Shown here piece by piece: positions 44,092-51,159 of a DNA stretch of 53,689 nt. The stretch comes from a virus. The notes below the pieces were generated by a model, which worked only from the letters and a program-made list of their open reading frames with translations, ran no database searches and was not told where the DNA came from. The stretch is from the IMG/VR virus record IMGVR_UViG_3300037313_001510. One strand, written 5' to 3'. The translations under genes were made by a program, and so were the position numbers. Numbering within the stretch: position 1 is the stretch's first letter; every line of letters begins with the position of its first letter.

Positions 44092-44221
44092 ATAGTCTGT
44101 TAATGCTGCCTTCGCGAAGTTATCCACAGCCCTTGTATCGTGATTTGCATTCGGATCACGACCTGTCACGCTTGTAATCTTCTGTGAACAACACCGACAG
44201 AAGAAAACGCGGGGGTGCGCA

Positions 44222-44683
44222 ATGGGCGGGGTACGTGATGGCAATGCCGTTTCGGCGAGGGCGCCGAGTTTACTTGACCAAAGCAATATCGACGACGAGC
44301 GAGAACTTCTTGCCGTCAACGCGTCCATTCATCCGGACGGCAACGAGGCGCAGTTGACGTTGCACACGAGCATCGGCAGTTTTCCCTTTCTTGTCATGCA
44401 CGAGCAACTTTCGGCGGTCATCGCCGAGCTGCAAGCGGCCGCCGCTTTGATGCTTTCGCGCCAATCGATGCAGGCCGACGACGGCATGCTGGCCCTGGAG
44501 GATGCTTTCACAGCCGCCCTGAAGCCTGTCGAGACTTTTGTCAGGATCGATCCCGCGACCTCGGACCGGCTGTTCCTCATGCAGTTTCTCGACCGCCTGC
44601 CGCTGGCGATACGGATGGCGCCGGAGCAGGTCGCCGATTCGCTCGACCAGCTGATCCGGGTGACACGCCGATCAGCGAATTGA
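44222..44683 (+). CDS. Hypothetical protein downstream of the repressor, 153 aa
   Basis: Same orientation as the repressor gene and lies between the two operator sets. The start is uncertain. Confidence 0.5.
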   Translation: MGGVRDGNAVSARAPSLLDQSNIDDERELLAVNASIHPDGNEAQLTLHTSIGSFPFLVMHEQLSAVIAELQAAAALMLSRQSMQADDGMLALEDAFTAALKPVETFVRIDPATSDRLFLMQFLDRLPLAIRMAPEQVADSLDQLIRVTRRSAN

Positions 44684-44727
44684 CATAAAGGTCGCCATTA
44701 CCTGCGGTTTCTGAAGCGCCATTCGAC

Positions 44728-44763
44728 TGTCTACATTTGTATTTGACGTGCCTACGATTGTAT
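44728..44763. promoter_or_regulatory. OL-like operator pair (reverse orientation) with TTGACG hexamer
   Basis: TGTCTACATTTGTAT (44728-44742) and TGCCTACGATTGTAT (44749-44763) are reverse complements of the OR-type sites, with 1 mismatch each. TTGACG lies at 44743-44748. Confidence 0.6.
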
Positions 44764-44805
44764 GCGAATGTCGCGCCCGTTCATTCTTTTTGCGGGAGAG
44801 CGACA

Positions 44806-44988
44806 ATGGCCAAAGATCCCAAGGCATGTCCTTTCGATCATCCGGTTGAATCCGGTTCGGCGATCGAGGCGATCAACGATCATTTCCACGGCGTCTGCAA
44901 GGACTGCGGCGCGCAAGGCCCGGAGCGCGACAGCTACGCCGCCGCGCTCGTCGCCTGGAATTCCCGCCGCCGGGAGCAACGCCATTGA
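44806..44988 (+). CDS. Lar-family restriction-alleviation-like protein, 60 aa
   Basis: KACPF...GVCKDCGAQGPERDSYAAALVAWNSRR follows the Lar pattern (CPFCG...C..CGA.GP....EAI.AWN.R). GGGAGAG SD. Confidence 0.5.
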   Translation: MAKDPKACPFDHPVESGSAIEAINDHFHGVCKDCGAQGPERDSYAAALVAWNSRRREQRH

Positions 44989-45227
44989 ACCCCGCCGAGC
45001 AGCTGATCGCCGAGGCGGCGAAATCCCCCGAGCACGAGGCGTGGATTTCGCGCCAGATCCTTGCCGGCCAAAGACCATCGCAGATCCTGGCGACGCTCGG
45101 CCGCGCGGTCGACCCGGCGGCGCTGCTGCGCCAGGCCGGCGGCGACGGCCCGGTCGGGCTCACGGTCGCCTGCGTCATCATGTTCGCGCTGCCCTTCTTC
45201 GCGCTCGGCTTCCTGCTGCCGACATGA
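44985..45227 (+). CDS. Tail-anchored membrane protein, 80 aa
   Basis: TTG start (TTGA overlap). C-terminal TM helix LTVACVIMFALPFFALGFLL. Confidence 0.5.
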   Translation: MNPAEQLIAEAAKSPEHEAWISRQILAGQRPSQILATLGRAVDPAALLRQAGGDGPVGLTVACVIMFALPFFALGFLLPT

Positions 45228-45556
45228 GGACGCGCGACAAGCTGGCCGCCGAGCTTCGAAAGGTTGCCGCGAAGGCTTCGCCGGAGAACGCCGCGAAATA
45301 TGAGGCTTTCGCCCGGCGCGCGGCGACCGGCGAGTTCGACGACTATGCCGACACCTATGCCTGCCCGATCACCCAACTCTATTCGGAACTGACGGCCGCC
45401 GGTTTCAGCAAGTTCGCCGCGCGCGTCGCCGCTGGCCAGTTCGACGCGACCAAAGAGGAAAGCGATGAATGGGCGCGCAGCCCGTCCGGCCAGGATGCTG
45501 CCAAGCAACTCTCGCCAGAGATGCGCGAACTTCTTGGCCTGAAACTGAACAACTAG
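45224..45556 (+). CDS. Hypothetical protein, 110 aa
   Basis: Start reset to MRTRDKL (ATGA overlap). Confidence 0.55.
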   Translation: MRTRDKLAAELRKVAAKASPENAAKYEAFARRAATGEFDDYADTYACPITQLYSELTAAGFSKFAARVAAGQFDATKEESDEWARSPSGQDAAKQLSPEMRELLGLKLNN

Positions 45557-45571
45557 GAGGAAGGAAGTCGG

Positions 45572-45814
45572 ATGCCGCCTGAGATCAGCAATAAGGAAGC
45601 CATCGAAATGATGAACCGTTGCAAGGACGAGATTTTGTCCCTGCGAGCGCGCATCGATCATCTCCAGCCGAAGGCTGACGCCTATGACAACCTCGTTACT
45701 GTGCTGGGGCTGTTGCCTCGCAAGAGCATCGGTATTGGGGAAGACTTGGTGTGGACGCTTAACAAGCGCATCAGCGAATTGCAGCCGAAGCCAGAAGTAA
45801 GCCAGTCGGCATGA
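45572..45814 (+). CDS. Hypothetical protein, 80 aa
   Basis: AGGAGGAAGGAAG SD. Visibly lower GC than its neighbours. Confidence 0.6.
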   Translation: MPPEISNKEAIEMMNRCKDEILSLRARIDHLQPKADAYDNLVTVLGLLPRKSIGIGEDLVWTLNKRISELQPKPEVSQSA

Positions 45815-45861
45815 CCCGGAAAGGCATGCAGGTTTCCATGTTCTCAATGGAGTAAACGCCA

Positions 45862-46308
45862 ATGGAAGACAGGATCACTCACCTGACCGCCGACATCGTC
45901 TCGGCCTATGTCTCGAACAACGCGGTTCCGGCCGCCCAGCTGCCGGCGCTGATCGCCAGCGTCGATGCTTCCGTGCGCGGCCTGGGCGGTGCCGCTGCGG
46001 CCAAGCCGGCCGCATCCTTGGTGCCGGCCGTCAACCCGAAGCGCTCGATCTTCCCCGACTTCATCATCTGCCTTGAGGACGGGAAGAAATTCAAGTCGCT
46101 GAAGCGCCACCTCGCTACCGACCATGGCCTGACGCCGGAAGCCTATCGCGAAAAATGGGGCCTGCCCGCCGACTATCCAATGGTGGCGCCTAACTACTCC
46201 AAGACGCGCTCGGCGCTGGCCAAGGCCTCCGGCCTCGGCCGCGTCGGCAAGCCCTACGCCACCACGCGCCTGGACCTGTCCTCCGAAGCTGGCCGCAGGG
46301 TGGCGTAG
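45862..46308 (+). CDS. mucR: MucR/Ros-family zinc-finger transcriptional regulator
   Basis: IICLEDGKKFKSLKRHLATDHGLTPEAYREKWGLPADYPMVAPNYS. The second zinc ligand is Asp (CLEDG), as in some Mesorhizobium Ml paralogues. Confidence 0.85.
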   Translation: MEDRITHLTADIVSAYVSNNAVPAAQLPALIASVDASVRGLGGAAAAKPAASLVPAVNPKRSIFPDFIICLEDGKKFKSLKRHLATDHGLTPEAYREKWGLPADYPMVAPNYSKTRSALAKASGLGRVGKPYATTRLDLSSEAGRRVA

Positions 46309-46312
46309 GAGG

Positions 46313-46531
46313 ATGAACGAGCGGCTGAACCGCGCCACGCGGCGCGAGACGATCGTGCCGGTGTTCCAGGGCGAGCCGCGCCACACCTGCGCGCTCTATC
46401 CCGATTGCGAGTGCGGGAGCGACTGCACCGCCGGCGACGAGCGCCGGCGGGCCATCGCCATTGCCATCGGCCTTGCCGTCCTCACCGCCGCGCTCGCCGC
46501 AGGCCTTGTAATATGGAGCCTCCATACATGA
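46313..46531 (+). CDS. Tail-anchored Cys-rich membrane protein, 72 aa
   Basis: CALYPDCECGSDC followed by TM helix IAIAIGLAVLTAALAAGLVIW. Confidence 0.5.
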   Translation: MNERLNRATRRETIVPVFQGEPRHTCALYPDCECGSDCTAGDERRRAIAIAIGLAVLTAALAAGLVIWSLHT

Positions 46532-46614
46532 GCAACTTCAACTGGCTCTTCTGCCTCGCCATGTCGGCCAGCGTCTCTTTCGAGGCCTGGTTCGTTTGCC
46601 TGGTGCTGCGCTGA
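46528..46614 (+). CDS. Possible 28-aa hydrophobic peptide
   Basis: ATGA-coupled. Translation MSNFNWLFCLAMSASVSFEAWFVCLVLR. Confidence 0.25.
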   Translation: MSNFNWLFCLAMSASVSFEAWFVCLVLR

Positions 46615-46946
46615 TGGCTATTTCCGCACCAGATATCACCGCCGAGATCTATCGGCTGCTCGGCGAAAGCATGGATCCGCTGGAGCGCAGGAAGCGCATC
46701 GAGCAGCTGATCCACAATGCGCTGCACGGCACGATGCGGACTTTCGAAAGCCGCGTCGCCGCGCTGGAGGAGCTTGCGCACGAGCCGTTCGATTTCTCCG
46801 ACCTGATCAGGCGTATCGAAGCTCTTGAGATCGACGGCCATCACGAAAAACGGATGGCCGAGGCCGAGGAATCTATCCGGCGCGGTGCTCGCACATCGAA
46901 ACACCGGTTCAACCCGTCCTCCGAGGCCGAGCAGAGCGGGGCGTAG
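46614..46946 (+). CDS. Hypothetical protein, 110 aa
   Basis: Start reset to MAISAPD (TGATG overlap). Confidence 0.5.
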   Translation: MAISAPDITAEIYRLLGESMDPLERRKRIEQLIHNALHGTMRTFESRVAALEELAHEPFDFSDLIRRIEALEIDGHHEKRMAEAEESIRRGARTSKHRFNPSSEAEQSGA

Positions 46947-46950
46947 GAGG

Positions 46951-47199
46951 ATGGCCAATTTGCGCGTCGAGAATCCAGCGACCACCGAGACCTATCTGAA
47001 GGCGCTTGCCGAGTGCGGCGTGAAGTTGCCGCTCAACGTCGGCGCCGAACTCGGCGTCATCTACGATGCCGAAGGCCGCGACGTCATCACGATCGACGTG
47101 AACAACGAACGCGCCGACAGCCAGGTCGAGACCATAGCGCTCTGGATTGTCCTTGCCGTCAACACATGCGGCGGGTTTCGGGCGGAGGCGCAGCGATGA
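46951..47199 (+). CDS. Hypothetical protein, 82 aa
   Basis: Start reset to MANLRVE, directly after TAGGAGG. Confidence 0.5.
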   Translation: MANLRVENPATTETYLKALAECGVKLPLNVGAELGVIYDAEGRDVITIDVNNERADSQVETIALWIVLAVNTCGGFRAEAQR

Positions 47200-47462
47200 G
47201 CGCCGCATCGGACCTGCACAACCTGCTTTCCGCCCGCTTCGTGCGTGACGTGATCGGCCCGTCCGTCAAGAACGGCGCCACCTACGCCGGGCTGCTGGTT
47301 CTCTTCGAGAGCGTCCAGTTCGAAGCGCTCGATGGCGCTGTGCAGGCTTTCCTCGCAGAGGCCGGCGACGACCGGCGCGACGCGGCGGCCATCGCCCTCG
47401 CCGCCGGCCAAGTCGACCGCCTTACCGCCGCGCCCGACCTCTATTCGGAGGACCTCTGGTGA
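47196..47462 (+). CDS. Hypothetical protein, 88 aa
   Basis: Start reset to MSAASDL (ATGA overlap). Confidence 0.5.
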   Translation: MSAASDLHNLLSARFVRDVIGPSVKNGATYAGLLVLFESVQFEALDGAVQAFLAEAGDDRRDAAAIALAAGQVDRLTAAPDLYSEDLW

Positions 47463-48226
47463 GCGACCGCCCCATCCTTTTTTCCGCCCCGATGGTGCGC
47501 GCCCTGCTCGCCGGCAGGAAGACGCAGACGCGGCGCGTGCTTCGGGCAAGGCCAGGCATGACCATCGCCGACGCCACGGTCGACGCCGGCCCAGCCTTCG
47601 GCGGGATCGGCAGGCGGCTGGAATTGCCAGTCGATAAGCTGAAGGTGCCCTTCGCCGTGGGCGACCGCCTCTATGTCCGCGAGGCTTGGGCGACAGGCAG
47701 CGGCCCGAACGGACCACAGATCAGTTTCCGGGCGACACCGGATTTCTTTGACATCGACGCATGGGACGGTCCTAACGAAGGGGTAGGCCCGTCGTTCAAC
47801 TATGATCATTGCCCCTGCGCCCATTTTCACCACTGGCTGCCGGACATCCTTTCCAATGATGGGCCATGGCGCACGCCGCTACACATGCCGCGCTGGGCTT
47901 CCCGCCTGACGCTGACCGTCACCGGGGTGCGCGTCCAGCGGCTGCAGGAGATCACCAACGAGGACTGCATCGCCGAAGGCGTTGATATCCATCCCAACGA
48001 AAATGCCCCTCGCATCGGCCCCGTGCTGGATGATTTTGCTCGGAAGCACGGTCTCATTTCTCACTATGGCGCACAGTATCGCGACCTGTGGGATCACCTC
48101 AACGCCGCGCGCGGCTTCGGCTGGGATGCCAACCCGTGGGTGATTGCCGTCAGCTTCGGCGTGGGTCGTCACAACATCGACGCCCACAATCCAACATCAG
48201 TTGCAACCAGAAGGAAACCAGCATGA
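47459..48226 (+). CDS. ASCH/PUA-like phage protein (tentative), 255 aa
   Basis: N-terminus PILFSAPMVRALLAGRKTQTRR is a common phage ASCH-like signature. GTG start. Confidence 0.55.
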   Translation: MSDRPILFSAPMVRALLAGRKTQTRRVLRARPGMTIADATVDAGPAFGGIGRRLELPVDKLKVPFAVGDRLYVREAWATGSGPNGPQISFRATPDFFDIDAWDGPNEGVGPSFNYDHCPCAHFHHWLPDILSNDGPWRTPLHMPRWASRLTLTVTGVRVQRLQEITNEDCIAEGVDIHPNENAPRIGPVLDDFARKHGLISHYGAQYRDLWDHLNAARGFGWDANPWVIAVSFGVGRHNIDAHNPTSVATRRKPA

Positions 48227-49152
48227 CAAGCGCAGTCCTGAAATCCATTGCCTCGCCGTCGATCCTGACCAAGGCCGATCCAACCAGCCCGGCCTTTCGC
48301 GTCGAAGGCCGGAACCGCATCTTCCTCAAGGCAGGCACGGTGATTGCCTTCGGCGCCGGCGGCGTCGAAAATCAGTCCGACCACGAGATCGCGATGCATG
48401 CGGGGGACCTGGTTGCCGGCCGCGACTTTGCCGTCTTCGCCAGCGACGAAGGCGTGGTGACGGCGGCGCCGGCCGGCGATGGCGTCGCCGAAGGCCTGAT
48501 CCAGATTGGCGGCTTCCATTACGCGCCGGGCGGCAACGCCACCGGCCGCTCGGGCGGCGACGGCGAGCCGGCCATCAATCCCTATTCATGCTGGGATTTG
48601 ACCTTCCGCCCGGCATGCCCGGATCCGCACGGCATGACGCTGGTCGACTTGCCGGACGATCGCCGGATCTGGGTCGACATCTACAAGCTGAACGTCAACC
48701 ATCTCGCCGGCACAAGCCGTTTCGGCGTGACGATCGCCGATGGCGTCGACCTGCCGTTCCGCACCGACATTCCGGGCCATTGCGACAGGCTGGACTACGC
48801 GACCGCGGTCGCGATCTATGCGCATCATGGCAAGCAGTTGCTGTCCTATGACGAATTCCGCGCCGCCGCCTTCGGCGTCACCGAAAACACCAGCGCCGAG
48901 CGCGATCCAAAAATAACCGGGCTCGACGCCGCCCGCACCTCGCAGCGCGGCCTGATGCAGGCGACCGGCAATCTCTGGGATTGGGGCCATGACGGCGATC
49001 CGGACAATCCCCGCGCGTCCATTTTCGGCGGCTCGTGGTGGGACGGCGGCGACGCCGGCTCCCGCTACGCGTACCTCGGCAGCTGGCCGGGGAACTCGTG
49101 CGACAACATCTCCGCGCGCGGCCGCAGTGACCACCTGAAACCTGCCGCCTGA
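48223..49152 (+). CDS. DGR target protein, 309 aa, C-terminal C-type-lectin/FGE-like fold carrying the VR
   Basis: The C-terminus GNLWDWGHDG...IFGGSWWDGGDAGSRYAYLGSWPGNSCDNISARGRSD contains the VR. ATGA-coupled to the upstream gene. Confidence 0.85.
   Translation: MTSAVLKSIASPSILTKADPTSPAFRVEGRNRIFLKAGTVIAFGAGGVENQSDHEIAMHAGDLVAGRDFAVFASDEGVVTAAPAGDGVAEGLIQIGGFHYAPGGNATGRSGGDGEPAINPYSCWDLTFRPACPDPHGMTLVDLPDDRRIWVDIYKLNVNHLAGTSRFGVTIADGVDLPFRTDIPGHCDRLDYATAVAIYAHHGKQLLSYDEFRAAAFGVTENTSAERDPKITGLDAARTSQRGLMQATGNLWDWGHDGDPDNPRASIFGGSWWDGGDAGSRYAYLGSWPGNSCDNISARGRSDHLKPAA
49013..49131 (+). repeat. DGR variable repeat (VR), 119 bp
   Basis: Gap-free alignment to the TR (offset 574). There are 10 mismatches, all at TR adenines. 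Confidence 0.9.
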
Positions 49153-49170
49153 CCGGCGCGAAAGCGCCGG
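49153..49170 (+). promoter_or_regulatory. GC hairpin with GAAA loop downstream of VR (DGR target-recognition hairpin; possible terminator)
   Basis: CCGGCGC-GAAA-GCGCCGG, 1 nt after the target stop and 22 nt after the VR end. Confidence 0.7.
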
Positions 49171-49196
49171 TAGAACCGACAGCCCGGAAAATCGCC

Positions 49197-49568
49197 ATGG
49201 CCATCATACGCGACGAGCATGCGGCCACGCCCGGGCTAGCGATCATCGACAAATACGAGGAAGCCGTGACCTATCTCTACCCGATCCTGCAATGCTGCCC
49301 GCGCGCGCATGGCAATGTCCGTGACGCGATGATGGCCGGCTTGTTCGATCAGGTCGGCCTGTTCTACCAGGCGGCGAAATCGCGGCAGCCTTCACGTCTT
49401 TATGCGGCGGACGCCAACCTGGCGACGCTGCGTTTCTGGTTGCGCTTCGCATCCGATCCAAAGCTCAGGATCGTCACCCCGAACCAGAGCCGGCATGCGC
49501 ATCGCCTGCTGGCCGAGGTCGGCGCGATGCTGGGTCAATGGATCAAGGGCGCGAAGGGCAACGGATGA
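49197..49568 (+). CDS. avd: Accessory variability determinant (Avd-like four-helix-bundle protein), 123 aa
   Basis: Supported by size, its position between the target and the TR, and helical basic composition. Confidence 0.75.
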   Translation: MAIIRDEHAATPGLAIIDKYEEAVTYLYPILQCCPRAHGNVRDAMMAGLFDQVGLFYQAAKSRQPSRLYAADANLATLRFWLRFASDPKLRIVTPNQSRHAHRLLAEVGAMLGQWIKGAKGNG

Positions 49569-49586
49569 ACGGGGACATGATGCGGC

Positions 49587-49705
49587 GCGCATCCATTTTC
49601 GGCGGCTCGTGGTGGAACGGCGACAACGCCGGCTCCCGCTACGCGAACCTCGACAACTGGCCGGAGAACTCGAACGACAACATCTCCGCGCGCGGCCGCA
49701 GTGAC
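49587..49705 (+). repeat. DGR template repeat (TR), 119 bp
   Basis: AAC-rich donor copy of the VR with 24 adenines. A 14-nt G/C run lies at 49686-49699. Confidence 0.9.
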
Positions 49706-49900
49706 GGCCCATACCCGGCTCGGCGGCGGTCACGGCCACGCCGGCCCATCCACGTTGCGACATCCGCCTTGCGGCGGATGCGCATTGGTGGTCAGCCCGG
49801 TCATCCGGCTTCGGCGAACACATTGCACGGTCCGGTACAGCGGGGAGTAGCGGGCTTGCCCGTCGAAACCCGCGACCGGCAATTCAGCGGATGGCGACCC

Positions 49901-50911
49901 ATGGGCAAGAAGCACCGCAACCTCATCGGCGCGATCACCGCCGACGCCACCATGCTCGAGGCGCTGCGGCTGACCAGCCGAGGCAAGCGGCTGACGCCGG
50001 CGCGGCTGGAATTCAAGGAGTTTTCCATCCTCAACCTCGACCGCCTGGCGCATGACATGGCGAGCGGCGCCTACGTCCAGGGCGCGCCGCGCGAGTTCAA
50101 CATCTTCGATCCGAAGCTGCGCGTCATCTCGGCGCTGCCATTCCGCGACCGGATCGCCCAGCACGCCTTGTTCAAGATCATCGCGCCGATCTTCGAGGCG
50201 ACATTGCTGCCGAACACCTTCGCCTGCCGGCCGGGCAAGGGCACGCACGCCGCGGCGATCAGGCTGCAGGCCGACATACGGCGACTGACGCGCCGGCATG
50301 CGGACGGCAATGCCGCGCCGCTCTTCGTGCTCAAGACGGACTTTTCCAAGTATTTCGCGTCGATCGACCGCGCCGTGCTGTGGGGCTTGATCGAAGCGAA
50401 GATTAGCTGCGGCGCGACGCTGCGCCTGATCGAGGCGATGCTGCCGCGCCATGGAATCGGCCTGCCGATCGGCAGCCTAGTGTCGCAGATTTTCGCCAAT
50501 GTCTATGGCGGCATCGTCGACCGGCACCTGCAGCAGGATCTCGGCGAGCGTCACTGGTACCGCTACATGGACGACATGGTCGTGCTCGGCCGCTCCTCGG
50601 CGCATCTGCATGCGGTCAAGGCGTCGATCGAAACCCTCTCGCGCAACCAGCTCGGCTTGCGCTTTTCGAAATGGAGCATCCAGCCGGCAGGGCGCGGCGT
50701 CAACTTCGTCGGCTATCGCATCTGGGCCACGCATAAATTGCTGCGGCGCGACAGCGTCACCAGGGCGCGCCGCAAGATCAGGGCCTATCGCGCCGCCGGC
50801 GACGACGAGCGGCTGCACAGGTTCCTTGCCGCGTGGACGGGCCATGCCGGCTGGGCCGACAGCCGCAATCTCATGCGCAGCCTGGCGATCGAAGCGCGGG
50901 AGGACCGATGA
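49901..50911 (+). CDS. DGR reverse transcriptase, 336 aa
   Basis: RT motifs FRDRIAQHAL, IGSLVSQIFANVY (DGR-typical) and YRYMDDMVVLG. Confidence 0.9.
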   Translation: MGKKHRNLIGAITADATMLEALRLTSRGKRLTPARLEFKEFSILNLDRLAHDMASGAYVQGAPREFNIFDPKLRVISALPFRDRIAQHALFKIIAPIFEATLLPNTFACRPGKGTHAAAIRLQADIRRLTRRHADGNAAPLFVLKTDFSKYFASIDRAVLWGLIEAKISCGATLRLIEAMLPRHGIGLPIGSLVSQIFANVYGGIVDRHLQQDLGERHWYRYMDDMVVLGRSSAHLHAVKASIETLSRNQLGLRFSKWSIQPAGRGVNFVGYRIWATHKLLRRDSVTRARRKIRAYRAAGDDERLHRFLAAWTGHAGWADSRNLMRSLAIEAREDR

Positions 50912-51159
50912 TCGACGAGGCCCGAATCATCCCCCGTTTCATGACCGATGGCGAGCTGCGCGCCTGGTTCGGCCTGTCCGAGCGCGCGCTGAACCGGCTG
51001 CGCGCCACGCGCGAATTTCCCTGTCGTGACCAGCAGATCGGCAAGACCGACCGCCGCTCGGTCGAAGTTTTCTTTGACCGGCGCGCCGGTTTGGATTCTC
51101 CTGCCCTCGCCGGCGGCAATCCCGCCGCCGTCGATGGAAGGGAATATCTCGATGACTGA
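50908..51159 (+). CDS. AlpA/excisionase-type HTH protein (xis candidate), 83 aa
   Basis: MTDGELRAWFGLSERALNRLRATREFP. ATGA overlap with the RT stop. Its 3' end overlaps the int start. Confidence 0.6.
   Translation: MIDEARIIPRFMTDGELRAWFGLSERALNRLRATREFPCRDQQIGKTDRRSVEVFFDRRAGLDSPALAGGNPAAVDGREYLDD

Noticed and set aside
43615-44328. 237-aa - strand ORF spanning the repressor gene and its downstream spacer.
   Set aside because: It is antisense to a clear XRE-HTH gene and runs through GC-poor non-coding DNA. It has no start context or motif support.
46303-46315. Repeated 13-mer GCGTAGGAGGATG at two gene junctions (46303-46315 and 46941-46953).
   Set aside because: It is a stop (TAG) + GGAGG + ATG coupling junction that arose twice. 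It is too short, and lacks flanking similarity, to be a mobile or recombination element.
49538-49900. N-terminal extension of the RT ORF (49538..50911) that would make TR part of the RT protein.
   Set aside because: TR stays open because it descends from the in-frame VR. RT homology begins at MGKKHRNL (49901). The intervening 195 nt is the usual TR-RT spacer of DGR RNAs.
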